From: a virus
Taxonomy: Duplodnaviria; Caudoviricetes
Length of the DNA stretch: 52,867 nucleotides
IMG/VR virus record: IMGVR_UViG_3300008255_000160
Coordinates: 1-52,867 of that record
Direction: 5' to 3' (one strand)
In this document: positions 18,481-28,050 of the stretch, one piece after another
Layout: each line of letters starts with the position of its first letter
Numbering within the stretch: position 1 is the first letter of the stretch
Notes under the pieces: generated by a model
The model's database searches: none
The model's input: only the letters and a program-made list of their open reading frames with translations
Told to the model about the DNA's origin: nothing
Made by a program: the position numbers and the translations under genes

Positions 18481-18810
18481 ATGGCATCAATGGGATTACC
18501 ACCACCAGAAGAGCAAGGACTTTACTGGAAAAATAACATATTATTCAAGTTGTTGAGATTTTTGAATTTATTGGAACCGGGACGAATTGTATTAAGTTTA
18601 TCTAAATTATTGGTTTGGATAAATCTTGTGGTTGTTGTAGCAGTATTAATTTGGCACCCAGAACAGTTGGTTGCTGTTATTGGGGCAACGGTGTCTGCAG
18701 CCGCAACTATGATGAATTATGCATGGCGTCGGTATATATACCATAAGACAGATGCTGCAAGCCAATCACTACCGAGAGAACCAACAGGCCCATCACAAGA
18801 TGAACGTTAA
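18481..18810 (+). CDS. putative holin (2 TM helices)
   Basis: Two hydrophobic helices and a basic tail; directly after the amidase; AGGAG RBS. Confidence 0.6.
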   Translation: MASMGLPPPEEQGLYWKNNILFKLLRFLNLLEPGRIVLSLSKLLVWINLVVVVAVLIWHPEQLVAVIGATVSAAATMMNYAWRRYIYHKTDAASQSLPREPTGPSQDER

Positions 18811-19498
18811 AAATATTAACGGAAAACCATTTTTAATCACAAATTACAAACATTTGTGCGAACACAACCATGTTGCTATACCGGATGAGGAAGTCATATC
18901 AGAAGCAACATATAAAGAAATTCAAATGTTCATTGACAATGATTTCTTAAAACAACGTGTTCGTGCAAATGCTTTAGAGGGTGTTAGGTTAAAAGGATTT
19001 GATGAACAGTCAATATTGTTTGACATAAGATCAAGTTTACACAAAGATAACAATATTACCTATTTGAACCAATTTCATATCATTGATTGGGAAGCATTTG
19101 TTGATGAAGATGAGTTTTCTCCTATTGACAGAGCCCGATTAATGATGTTTGAAGGAGACGTAGCATTACATTGTACGTGTCCTTCGTTTTTATTTTGGGG
19201 GTATCAATATTTGTTAACACAAATTGATGCCGCTGTTATTCCCGAAACAAGACCACCTAATGTTAGAAATCCTAAACAAAGGGGTATAGTCTGTAAACAT
19301 TTGAATCGTGCTTTGCGATCATTCCCATTTTTTGCGTCAGATTTTGCTAATTATATTAGAGCTAATCATAATGTACAGAAAAATAAAAGTAATACGGACG
19401 ATGAAAGCTCTAAATTAACAAAAGAAGCTTTCACTATTGCCGATTCAGATATAATATATGAGGATATCCTAAAATGGAATTCAATTCGGAAAAAATAA
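18800..19498 (+). CDS. SWIM zinc-finger protein
   Basis: CTCPSF..CKH. Confidence 0.75.
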   Translation: MNVKNINGKPFLITNYKHLCEHNHVAIPDEEVISEATYKEIQMFIDNDFLKQRVRANALEGVRLKGFDEQSILFDIRSSLHKDNNITYLNQFHIIDWEAFVDEDEFSPIDRARLMMFEGDVALHCTCPSFLFWGYQYLLTQIDAAVIPETRPPNVRNPKQRGIVCKHLNRALRSFPFFASDFANYIRANHNVQKNKSNTDDESSKLTKEAFTIADSDIIYEDILKWNSIRKK

Positions 19499-19776
19499 TT
19501 ACACGACTGGTTTTAAAATTCCCTGATATGAATTTCAGAATCAAACTATCATCCAATCAATTTCGCGAACCAGACCATATCAGAGATTTAATGCACCTGT
19601 TAATGACATTGAATTTAAAGAATATGGACGATGACGATATCGAATTAGCAATCATGCGTAAGTTTTTGGATCACGATGTTTATGTGGAGACACTAGAAGA
19701 ACTTGACGATTCCTTATATATTAGTATAACAGGACCAAAGATATGTCTAACGATGATGTATGAGGACGAAGGATGA
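19474..19776 (+). CDS. hypothetical protein
   Basis: Operon-like overlap with neighbours; GAGG RBS. Confidence 0.6.
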   Translation: MEFNSEKIITRLVLKFPDMNFRIKLSSNQFREPDHIRDLMHLLMTLNLKNMDDDDIELAIMRKFLDHDVYVETLEELDDSLYISITGPKICLTMMYEDEG

Positions 19777-20177
19777 GAACAATAATTTTGACTCGTGGGC
19801 CGGATGAAACAAGAAAACCGGTAGTGGCAACACTTTCGCGATTGATGAATAATGGTTCAAACCATGTTACCGCACATTTTTTGCATCTGTCAGATTATGA
19901 TCACTTGAATGAGCACAAAGCAGCATACACTTCTATAAAACGAGCTTTTAAACTTGCTCTCAATGGTGATAAGCATATTGTTGTAGATGCTCCATGTAAT
20001 AGTATCCAGTGTTGGTCTGGATTTGCATCTGCCATGCAGGGGTCTACCTTTTATACTATAGGGATTGACACCACTGATGATAAAATTATATTTGATCCAC
20101 CTGCTGGTTTCACCATGTATCAAAATGTCAGAGAACACATGGTTGAAGAAATATTGACTAAACACAAATTGCTATAA
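19773..20177 (+). CDS. hypothetical protein, degenerate P-loop kinase-like
   Basis: IILTRGP..K and HIVVDA resemble small kinases but the Walker A is broken. Confidence 0.55.
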   Translation: MRTIILTRGPDETRKPVVATLSRLMNNGSNHVTAHFLHLSDYDHLNEHKAAYTSIKRAFKLALNGDKHIVVDAPCNSIQCWSGFASAMQGSTFYTIGIDTTDDKIIFDPPAGFTMYQNVREHMVEEILTKHKLL

Positions 20178-20200
20178 TATTATTCATAAATATGAATCAT

Positions 20201-20277
20201 CGGGGTGTAGCTCAGTCTGGTAGAGCACTCGGTTTGGGACCGAGGGGCCGCAAGTTCGAATCTTGCCACCCCGACCA
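20201..20277 (+). tRNA. tRNA-Pro(UGG)
   Basis: CGGGGTG/CACCCCG acceptor, loop TTTGGGA, GTTCGAATC, ACCA. Confidence 0.96.
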
Positions 20278-20423
20278 TTTATGGATATGATATGAAAATT
20301 GATGTAATAGAATTAGACCAAAACAATCGTATGATACGATTGGGTGCTGGCAAACAAAACGGAAAATGGTTTTTTCGAATTGATCTTTGGTTAGTTGGGT
20401 ACAGAATCAGAACAGGGTGATAC

Positions 20424-20747
20424 ATGATCAATTTTTTAAAACATGTGTTTGGTAAAATAAATCCTCGTGGTGATAACAAATATATGTCCGAGGAACAAAT
20501 TGTTCACAAAATCATGTCAGACATGACTCCAGAAGAACGCCAATCGTGGCTTGGTCTCAAACGAATTGATTTACTTCAGGGACATCATGGCACAGGAAAA
20601 AGTATACGCAATGCATTTGATATGTGGGATGAAAAGAATCCTCACACTAATGGGAATGATCCCAATGGATGTAATCATCCAGATCAAGTATCTTTTCGTA
20701 TTATGGAAGAAGTTTGGCGACGGGTTAACGACATAGTTGACAAATAG
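20424..20747 (+). CDS. DUF6794-like protein
   Basis: HHGTGKSIRNAFDMW..HPDQVS motif. Confidence 0.65.
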   Translation: MINFLKHVFGKINPRGDNKYMSEEQIVHKIMSDMTPEERQSWLGLKRIDLLQGHHGTGKSIRNAFDMWDEKNPHTNGNDPNGCNHPDQVSFRIMEEVWRRVNDIVDK

Positions 20748-20765
20748 GCATACAACGTGTATACA
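20737..20765 (+). promoter_or_regulatory. sigma70-type promoter giving a probably leaderless mRNA
   Basis: TTGACA-N17-TATACA-N6-ATG. Confidence 0.7.
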
Positions 20766-20771
20766 TAAAAT

Positions 20772-21158
20772 ATGTATGATTTTGATTTGATCCGATCCAA
20801 TAATATTGCTGCTTTCTTTGCATTGACAGATTACAGTGACGATACCTTTGATCTTGATCCTCCTCTGAACGAATTGAACACTCGGGCTAAAAATTTCATT
20901 TCAGCTATGCAATATGTATTTTCCAATGTTTCAAATGGAATGGAATCGGAAGATATCATGTTTCATTTCTATGAAGCAGGCAAGGCCGCATATGGAAAGT
21001 CCGAACTCCGGGTGTTCTTTCGAGATATCTATTTGATACTGCAAGGTTTTCCAGATGGTGTCCGTGTTGGACAACTGGCAGCAGTATGGGGTGTAGACGA
21101 ATTCAAGAAGAGAATGTTTGAAAGAATGCAATTGGCACCCTTTTTGACTATCGGGTAG
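20772..21158 (+). CDS. stand-alone class I lysyl-tRNA synthetase anticodon-binding-like domain
   Basis: FYEAGK..LRVFFRDIYLILQGFPDGVRVGQLAAVWG resembles the LysRS1 C-terminal YEIGK..LRDWF..LYEVLLG..GPRFGSF pattern. Confidence 0.7.
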   Translation: MYDFDLIRSNNIAAFFALTDYSDDTFDLDPPLNELNTRAKNFISAMQYVFSNVSNGMESEDIMFHFYEAGKAAYGKSELRVFFRDIYLILQGFPDGVRVGQLAAVWGVDEFKKRMFERMQLAPFLTIG

Positions 21159-21162
21159 AATT

Positions 21163-21936
21163 TTACTCTTCTACCCGATAGTCTCCGTATTCTCTTGGAT
21201 CACCCACTTGAATGATATCAACTGACGAACCAGTGATTTCACCTTTGTCAAAATCGACCCATGCCAGTTGTCCACCATCATGGGATTGAAAACCTAGATC
21301 GACAAAATATGCATTCCCGCCTGTCGTTCTGAAATTCAGAATGTTAGATGTTGACAAAATATGATGACCAACGAACACATTCATATGATCAGGTATCTTG
21401 TCAAACCAGTCCAGAAGTCTCACAGGATAGCCACTGTCGGCAATACGACCAGTAGTCATTCCATATATCAAGCGTTGCTGTAGAGTGCTCCTGTCGTGCT
21501 TAGACAGGGTTTCAACATCTTCTGCCATGCCATGATATGCAGCATGTGCAAAAAAGTTGTTACCATATTCAATGAACCACGGAACCCTGCGGCCAAAATT
21601 CAGATATCTTTGCGCAAAATCTTCACCCATACTGTTGATATCATTTTGCGTATTGATGTGTTCCAGTTTGAGTTTTACCGGACGGCCTTCATAAGCTCTG
21701 ATATGTTTCCATTTGTGATTGGACATGACTTCATCGCCATGGCCTTCATCATATAGGTCCATGATCAGTTTGACACATTTTGCCGGTTCGGGGCCACGGT
21801 CTTCAGGATCACCCAGAGATATTACAAAGCGGCCAGCATCACGGGCTTCTCGAACAGTGGCTTCGAATTCTTCAAAACCACCATGAATGTCCCCAATAAT
21901 GCGAACCGGCGTATCAATATCAATAATTTTTTTCAT
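21163..21936 (-). CDS. calcineurin-like metallophosphoesterase (Pnkp phosphatase/PrpE-like)
   Basis: GDIHG, GDPEDRGP, SNH, FAHA, VGH. Confidence 0.88.
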   Translation of the reverse strand: MKKIIDIDTPVRIIGDIHGGFEEFEATVREARDAGRFVISLGDPEDRGPEPAKCVKLIMDLYDEGHGDEVMSNHKWKHIRAYEGRPVKLKLEHINTQNDINSMGEDFAQRYLNFGRRVPWFIEYGNNFFAHAAYHGMAEDVETLSKHDRSTLQQRLIYGMTTGRIADSGYPVRLLDWFDKIPDHMNVFVGHHILSTSNILNFRTTGGNAYFVDLGFQSHDGGQLAWVDFDKGEITGSSVDIIQVGDPREYGDYRVEE

Positions 21937-21974
21937 GCAATATACTTACATGGGCAAATACATATTATCAACGA

Positions 21975-22433
21975 TCACTTCTCTAGTGCTAAACAGATTC
22001 CAAAAATTTCATCATCAAAAAATGGATCATCCTGTGTATTTACGAATAGTTGATACCGCTTTTTGCCATCTATCTCAATTTCTTCCCATTCCCGTTCTAC
22101 CTCAATTTCTTTCCATTCCCGTTCTACCTCAATTTCTTCCCATTCCCGTTCTACCTCAATTTCTTCCCATTCCCGTTCTACCTCAGAGGTAACATAATGG
22201 CCGGTTATAGAATCAGTTTCCTTGATTATTTTTGGTTCATATTTTGTTACTTTACGAAATTTGTCTTCTTCGGACAAGTCATCACGATAGATATGAGTGT
22301 TCAGTGTCTTCCATGCAAAACACAGGTCTGCACAGCATTCTTTATCAAGGTTAAGGAAACATCTTAATCTTGATGCTTTCTTTATACTGACAGGTGATTG
22401 CTTATGTTCCGACATCATTTTCTCTATTAACAA
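21975..22433 (-). CDS. Cys-containing hypothetical protein with EVEREWEEI repeats
   Basis: C..CCADLCFAW..GICL with four internal 9-aa repeats. Confidence 0.6.
   Translation of the reverse strand: MLIEKMMSEHKQSPVSIKKASRLRCFLNLDKECCADLCFAWKTLNTHIYRDDLSEEDKFRKVTKYEPKIIKETDSITGHYVTSEVEREWEEIEVEREWEEIEVEREWKEIEVEREWEEIEIDGKKRYQLFVNTQDDPFFDDEIFGICLALEK
22074..22185. repeat. 27-bp tandem repeat, 4 copies
   Basis: CTCAATTTCTTCCCATTCCCGTTCTAC x4, one substitution in the second copy, no spacers. Confidence 0.95.
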
Positions 22434-22666
22434 ACAATATTCGAATCTTTTCGAAGGTTCAAGTGGTCTTCGATGAACGGTTGTATCATTTAGTTTGATG
22501 ATTTCCCAATCATTATTTTAATCAACCGGACCATCATGTTCTTCATATTCATAATCTGATACAACTACCATGCCATACAACCAGAAGCATACCACCTTTG
22601 CCAATTTTTGATTGGACACAAACACTTACGTGCTTCTTCGTCGGTTCTAAGTGGTTGTATCGTCAT
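22420..22666 (-). pseudogene. decayed paralogue of the downstream Cys-containing protein
   Basis: MTIQPLRTDEEARKCLCP..ASGCMAW-stop, later ..FEYCLL, with internal stops. Confidence 0.5.
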
Positions 22667-22717
22667 ATGATATCACCATTTGTTGGTAAATTATCACATT
22701 ATAAACAATGTGTCAAA

Positions 22718-22930
22718 TTAGAAAGTGGTATCTGTAAAGTTTACCACACTGGCACGTAACCGTTTGGCATCAGCATTGGCACGTTCTGCTGCAACCTTTC
22801 TTTTCATATTAGGGTAAGTTTTTTCTCCGACAACTTTTCCGTTTTGCTCGAATCTAGCATACCATGTTGCGATCTTTTCGGGATTTTGTCCTTCAAGTAT
22901 ATTTTGAATTGTTTGTTTCGTTATATCCAT
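22718..22930 (-). CDS. small hypothetical protein
   Basis: 70-aa ORF. Confidence 0.55.
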   Translation of the reverse strand: MDITKQTIQNILEGQNPEKIATWYARFEQNGKVVGEKTYPNMKRKVAAERANADAKRLRASVVNFTDTTF

Positions 22931-22934
22931 TGAT

Positions 22935-23090
22935 GTGTCTCTTGATTGATACTATTGGACTGATCGGTTTTTGGGTTTTACGCCAAAATTTGATCTTCCT
23001 GCTTCAACGATACATAACTAGCTGTACAAACAGATTGTACAACCCTGTCAGAGATATCTCCACAGGCGTAATTTTCGGACAGTCCTTGCC
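22935..23090 (-). ncRNA. putative TnpB omegaRNA scaffold plus guide
   Basis: GGACTG..GCCTGTGGAG..TCGTTGAAGCAGGAA..CAGTCC overlapping the tnpB 3' end; GGACTG can pair with CAGTCC. Confidence 0.65.
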
Positions 23091-23676
23091 CTATATCATA
23101 ACCCCATTGCTTAATATTTATTGACGCATTAACATCCTTGTCGATAACAGCACCACAATTGGAGCAATCATATGTTCTAATATTTAATGGCATTGGTTGA
23201 ACATGACCACAATGGTCACCGTCTGGAGTAATTGTGGCACCCATTATTTTTTTACCTTCAGGCAATCTACCCGTTTTATAAGCAATTAAACCAATTTTCG
23301 GTAACTTTACTTTGTTATCAACAAGACTAAAAGTTTGATTACTTAGATAAAATGAATCTTTATTATCTGTTTTCTTTTTGAATTTTGGAAATCCTTTGCC
23401 CTTTTTTATGTCTCTTATTGCTTTGTCCAAGTAATTAGTAATTCTTTGTAAAGAAACAGCGGGACGCACTGCGAGCCAGTTATATTCTTGTTTTAATTGA
23501 GGCAATAGAGATTGCATGTCATATCTGAAAACAAATGTATTATCTTTTTCATATTGTTTAATGTTCATGTATAATAGATAATTCCACAACCAACGGCAAT
23601 GACCACCAAATTGTTTCAATAATTTGGATTGTTTAACAGTGGGATATAATCTTAATCTATATGCACAATGTGACAT
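22978..23676 (-). mobile_element. tnpB: IS200/IS605-family TnpB with in-frame deletion of RuvC-I/II
   Basis: AYRLRLYPT..GHCRWLWN, GFPKFKKK, LPKIG joined directly to CGH..CSNCG..DKDVNASINI; no tnpA nearby. Confidence 0.9.
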
Positions 23677-23694
23677 AATTATATTTATACCTGA

Positions 23695-24026
23695 TCAACC
23701 CAAAAGCCGAACAGTCCGTTCTTTTTTACGTTTCCGGATTTTGATATAGCAACTTTCAGCATTCGCATCCGCATTCACGAAATGATCAGTGTTCTTGATG
23801 GCAGAACGGGAAATCTCAATACGAGTATCCTTGTTTTCTGCATCAAGTAGTTCTTTGATATTGGAAAGAACCGCATCAATCATTTCAGGGCTTCCCGTGA
23901 TTCTGATCTGATGTGTGCCATATGTGGAACCTTTGGTGCCAGCAGGTACAGGCTTCATATGATCCAACACATTTTGATCAGGCTTCAATGACCGCCAGTG
24001 TGTGCAACAGCTTGACTCTTTTTCAT
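23695..24026 (-). pseudogene. hypothetical phage protein with a +2 frameshift in a CA run
   Basis: TTGACT-17-TATTAT promoter, AAGGAG RBS and ATG 24026; removing one CA gives MKKSQAVAHWRSLKPDQ.. in frame with ORF 23695-23988. Confidence 0.6.
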
Positions 24027-24135
24027 AACATTCTCCTTATGAATTTATAATACACGCTTTTAAGAAAAAGTCAAGCAAAATTAATTAGTTACAAAATGTC
24101 TGCAATATTACGAAATACAGGTATAAATCATATAC

Positions 24136-24717
24136 ATGAAAGATATATCAATGACGGGTTCTGGTTATGAGAGAATAGCCAATGATGCGTATTTCACCAT
24201 TGAGGAATGGTGTACAGAGGCATTGTTTGAAAGTTTACCAATAGATCAGTTTCAGGGGGAAATATGGGAACCGGCTTGTGGTACGGGACTGATGGCAGAA
24301 GTCATCAAACGGTACAATCCGGATGTTACAAGTTCGGACATCTATGATTGGGGTTATGGTGATGTTGTGGATTTCATGGTGACTAAACCACGAGGAGATC
24401 ATATAGTCACCAATCCGCCTTATGAAAGAGCGATTTCAGAACCATTTGTACGCAAGGCTATCAGTATGATAGGAGACGGGAGTATCAAGTCTGTATCCAT
24501 GTTGATGCGGAATGAATGGGATTGTGCTGTTGGGCGGCATGATTTATTTCATGACAATCCATATTATGCGAACAAAATTGTTCTTACAAAGCGCCCCAGA
24601 TGGTTTGAACGACAAAAAGATGATAGTTCACCCCGGCACAACTATTGTTGGTATAACTGGCAACACAATGCGGAATTTGCAAAAATCAGTTACTATCATC
24701 CAAAGATGAAGACCTAG
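24136..24717 (+). CDS. orphan amino-DNA methyltransferase
   Basis: WEPACGTG (SAM binding) and TNPPY (catalytic). Confidence 0.88.
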   Translation: MKDISMTGSGYERIANDAYFTIEEWCTEALFESLPIDQFQGEIWEPACGTGLMAEVIKRYNPDVTSSDIYDWGYGDVVDFMVTKPRGDHIVTNPPYERAISEPFVRKAISMIGDGSIKSVSMLMRNEWDCAVGRHDLFHDNPYYANKIVLTKRPRWFERQKDDSSPRHNYCWYNWQHNAEFAKISYYHPKMKT

Positions 24718-25186
24718 TATCCACTATTTCGATCATATCGAATTCTTCGTATCCGGATGGCGGTTCGAGACTGTCCGTCATTTGTTTGACAACTTCCCAT
24801 GACACCTGTTGGTCTTTACGATTGGTAATACGGGATTTCAATTCATCAATGTCCGAGCAAGTGATGAAAACCAATTTTGTTTCATAATGGTTGGGGATTT
24901 GTTTCAGTTTGTGATGTCGGGTTTGGCGTTGGATGTTAGTTTGATCCCAAATAATATCCCGGCCATCTGCAATAGCTTGTGCCAATAGCTTGTTCATTTC
25001 TTTTTTTGCTTGTTTGTAATATTTTTGAAACGCAATGATATATGTTTCGCCCTGTGACTTGGCCATGTCAATGATGATATCATCCGTTGAATAAACAAAA
25101 GGATTATTCATAGTAGAGGCAAGTTTGATTTTATATGTGCTTTTTCCGGAACCGGGAATCCCGCACAACATTATGAATTTTGGCAT
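24686..25186 (-). CDS. polynucleotide-kinase-like P-loop kinase (AAA_33)
   Basis: GIPGSGKST, STDD, WDQTN..R. Confidence 0.85.
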   Translation of the reverse strand: MPKFIMLCGIPGSGKSTYKIKLASTMNNPFVYSTDDIIIDMAKSQGETYIIAFQKYYKQAKKEMNKLLAQAIADGRDIIWDQTNIQRQTRHHKLKQIPNHYETKLVFITCSDIDELKSRITNRKDQQVSWEVVKQMTDSLEPPSGYEEFDMIEIVDTRSSSLDDSN

Positions 25187-25273
25187 TTGTATTTCTTCAT
25201 TTGTTATAATTCCATGAGCAAACAATCCTCATATAGAAGATAATATGATCCAAGTCAATTATTCAAAATGTCC

Positions 25274-25903
25274 TCAAGGTGAATAATTAACTATTTGATC
25301 ATTTTCCACAAAAATACACGTATCAAGGTCAATCGTTGCATTTTTAATAGCTATTGATGTAGTAAAGAAACTATTGCCAGAAAGCAAATTATTACCACCA
25401 AGGAAGGTTGTCGTGGATGGTCTATTTTTGACATCAGCAAAAATAGATGAAACCACTGGATAATCGCATTCGTCTTTCAATATGAAAATTTGTTTATTCG
25501 TGTGTTTATTGGTGCTTCTATATTCAAGGAACCAATATTGACCAGATATTATTTTGAATTTTTTCCATAATTCATACATTTCATCGGTAAATGTGGTCAA
25601 ATGGCAATCTGATAATGCTTTATCTTCTGGAATATGATACACGCAGGGAGCAATAGTTGCTGATAATAGATATTCGTCCAAAGATGGGAACAAGGTTTCT
25701 GGAAACGTGGTGTTTTCTATCCAATTCAACATCATCCGTGCATCGTCGTATGACTCAAATGAGATCACAGTGTTGAATTGATCGTAAGTAGTGAATTCCA
25801 TGTTATTTTCTTCGATAAAGTATTTGACTTCATAAATCAAAGATATTGGAATTTTGCCTTTGCACAATTCATTTAGGTCAATACTGTGTGATGTTTTGAT
25901 CAT
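25274..25903 (-). CDS. hypothetical protein
   Basis: 209-aa ORF coupled to the upstream gene by ATGA overlap. Confidence 0.6.
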   Translation of the reverse strand: MIKTSHSIDLNELCKGKIPISLIYEVKYFIEENNMEFTTYDQFNTVISFESYDDARMMLNWIENTTFPETLFPSLDEYLLSATIAPCVYHIPEDKALSDCHLTTFTDEMYELWKKFKIISGQYWFLEYRSTNKHTNKQIFILKDECDYPVVSSIFADVKNRPSTTTFLGGNNLLSGNSFFTTSIAIKNATIDLDTCIFVENDQIVNYSP

Positions 25904-26940
25904 GTTGCATACCCTTTTGAAAAGACTTTTACATAGGACGAAACATTATTGGCCATTCTGACCAAATTGTGTTGACCACAAAAACTTAAAAAACTTACAC
26001 CAACACTTTTCTTTCGTGGAACAGCAATTGCTTCTTCGATAACGGTATCAATCAATTCTATTATTTCTACTGGTTGGGCCGTAAGGTCAACTAACAGTGT
26101 ATTGCGATTATATAAATCACGTACTGTTACATCTTTGACCAACTTGACGCCATCTTCTTCAATTGTTTTATGATATCTGACAGGCTCCATTATCTCATTC
26201 CACATTTCCCCATTTGGATTCTCAAATGCTTCTCTTAATTTAGTTGTTCTAAGTCTTGGAACATGTGCAGCAGGAATATTGTCAGAGACATCGCCTTTCA
26301 TGATTTTGAGAAATAACTCCCATTTTGGTTCAACTGCCACTGGAACATCCGTAACTTTTTGTTTTTCAACGATTAATTTTTGTTTCCATATTTCATTATA
26401 CATATGGACTTTAGGATATTTGGCATCCTGACCACCATCTTGAAAGAAAACACCATCAATAGTTGTTAACACGCCTGATATTCCATTATAGATTTCGACA
26501 TTAGGGGCTATCAGTTGTTTGAAATCACTATCTGATGAGATAATAATGTGATCATCGTTTGGGTGCAAGGCGATCCATCGTGCTATAAAATCATCTGCTT
26601 CTATCAATTCATGCCGAAGCACGGTTGCATTGGTGCTATTGCGTAGAAACAGCTCCAGATCATCACATATTCTGTTGATTGATTCTCGTATTCTTTGCTC
26701 TGAACGGGTTACTTTTTCGGTACGATGTGCTTTATAGTCTTCGAATATCACTTTGCGCCAAGAATATGTATCAAAACACATTACTGCATGTTCGGCGTTA
26801 AGTTTATTGAATACTTTGCTCATGGACAAAAATATGGTTTGAAGAGACATCGAAATCATGAGTTCCGTATCGGTAGACTTTCCTTGAACCCGTCTAGCCC
26901 GGTGGATCAAATTAGCAACATCTATCAAACAGAATTTCAT
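25900..26940 (-). CDS. 5'-3' exonuclease / T4 RNase H-like flap nuclease
   Basis: LIDVAN, SWRK..YKAHR, EADDFIA, SSDSDFKQL, GDVSDNI. Confidence 0.92.
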   Translation of the reverse strand: MKFCLIDVANLIHRARRVQGKSTDTELMISMSLQTIFLSMSKVFNKLNAEHAVMCFDTYSWRKVIFEDYKAHRTEKVTRSEQRIRESINRICDDLELFLRNSTNATVLRHELIEADDFIARWIALHPNDDHIIISSDSDFKQLIAPNVEIYNGISGVLTTIDGVFFQDGGQDAKYPKVHMYNEIWKQKLIVEKQKVTDVPVAVEPKWELFLKIMKGDVSDNIPAAHVPRLRTTKLREAFENPNGEMWNEIMEPVRYHKTIEEDGVKLVKDVTVRDLYNRNTLLVDLTAQPVEIIELIDTVIEEAIAVPRKKSVGVSFLSFCGQHNLVRMANNVSSYVKVFSKGYAT

Positions 26941-27269
26941 TTGTTTTCTCCTCTTAGGTGAATATAATTATTTTCAACATCATCATTATCATAATCTCCA
27001 TCGTCATCATATTCTTCATTATAAAGCATAGAACTGTTTTCAACCATAACTCGTTGAATATAATGCCGGACGGCATCATCTGGATCGAGGTCATCGTATC
27101 CTGCTTGTCTAATGCGGTTGAGCATAGGATTATTATAATCATATATGACTGCAAGTGTTTCAGTATCAAATTGATATTGAAAATCGACAAAGATGAATGG
27201 GCGACCTGTGATGTCACAAAAAAATCTTTCGATCCGTTTATTCATTGGTAATTTAACATTGTCTGTCAT
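26937..27269 (-). CDS. hypothetical protein with acidic tail
   Basis: In operon with the nuclease and clamp genes. Confidence 0.65.
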   Translation of the reverse strand: MTDNVKLPMNKRIERFFCDITGRPFIFVDFQYQFDTETLAVIYDYNNPMLNRIRQAGYDDLDPDDAVRHYIQRVMVENSSMLYNEEYDDDGDYDNDDVENNYIHLRGENK

Positions 27270-27270
27270 A

Positions 27271-28050
27271 TTACATTCTCTTTACTATTGTTTTAATTGG
27301 AAATCTTACATGGTAAGATATCAAGTAAGATGTATACTTGATATCCATGAATTTACTACTTAATAAGATTTTACGATTACTACGATTTGATAAAAGACGG
27401 AAAGCCTTTTCTAACATTTCTACATCAAATTTCAAATCAGTTGGCACATCCGATGATTCAATATTGTTTGCAACGATGACATCTATTGAATTATTGGTAT
27501 AAGGAAAACCAAATATCAAATTCGATTTATCATCCACATTAACATGCATTAATGATTCTTCTGCGGGTGACATCATACGTTGAAGTGCCGCTGCTTGTTT
27601 GAAATCATCCACTGTGTGTTCTTCGATATTTAGTTTTATACTGATAGGAAGATCATTGATCACTGGTGGAAATTTGGTATTTCTTGCTTTTTCTTGTACT
27701 GCTCTTGGATCAACGGCGCTATATTTGATATTCATGCGCGGGCTTTTAAACAGTATGTGTTTATATATGTCAGAACCAAGCTGAGACGTTCCTGCCACCA
27801 GTTCCATCTTACCAGTATCACCACTCATTTGTTCTTGATCAAGGATTTTCTTCAAGAATGGCAAATTGCCCATGCACAGCATTGTATCAAATTCTGAATA
27901 ACTTCCTGCGTTTGCAGTAATAAGCATTCTACGTTCTGTATTGATGCCTGTTGCAATAGTATGACCATCCTCGTTATTTTTGATGATGACAAATTCCAGA
28001 TTTTTATACTGTGTCATGTCCGACAGTATCGATTTCAAAACATTTTTCAC
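27271..28050 (-). CDS. putative sliding clamp
   Basis: 259 aa, beta-rich pattern, replication context; no firm motif. Confidence 0.5.
   Translation of the reverse strand: MKNVLKSILSDMTQYKNLEFVIIKNNEDGHTIATGINTERRMLITANAGSYSEFDTMLCMGNLPFLKKILDQEQMSGDTGKMELVAGTSQLGSDIYKHILFKSPRMNIKYSAVDPRAVQEKARNTKFPPVINDLPISIKLNIEEHTVDDFKQAAALQRMMSPAEESLMHVNVDDKSNLIFGFPYTNNSIDVIVANNIESSDVPTDLKFDVEMLEKAFRLLSNRSNRKILLSSKFMDIKYTSYLISYHVRFPIKTIVKRM

Noticed and set aside
22074-22185. Possible CRISPR mini-array near tnpB
   Set aside because: Units are head-to-tail with no spacers and keep the frame of a coding sequence
23693-23697. TTGAT as the TnpB target-adjacent motif
   Set aside because: A 5-mer overlapping a stop codon in AT-rich DNA with no left-end hairpin; chance is likely
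24136-24717. Restriction-modification system
   Set aside because: No adjacent endonuclease; orphan protective methyltransferases are common in phages
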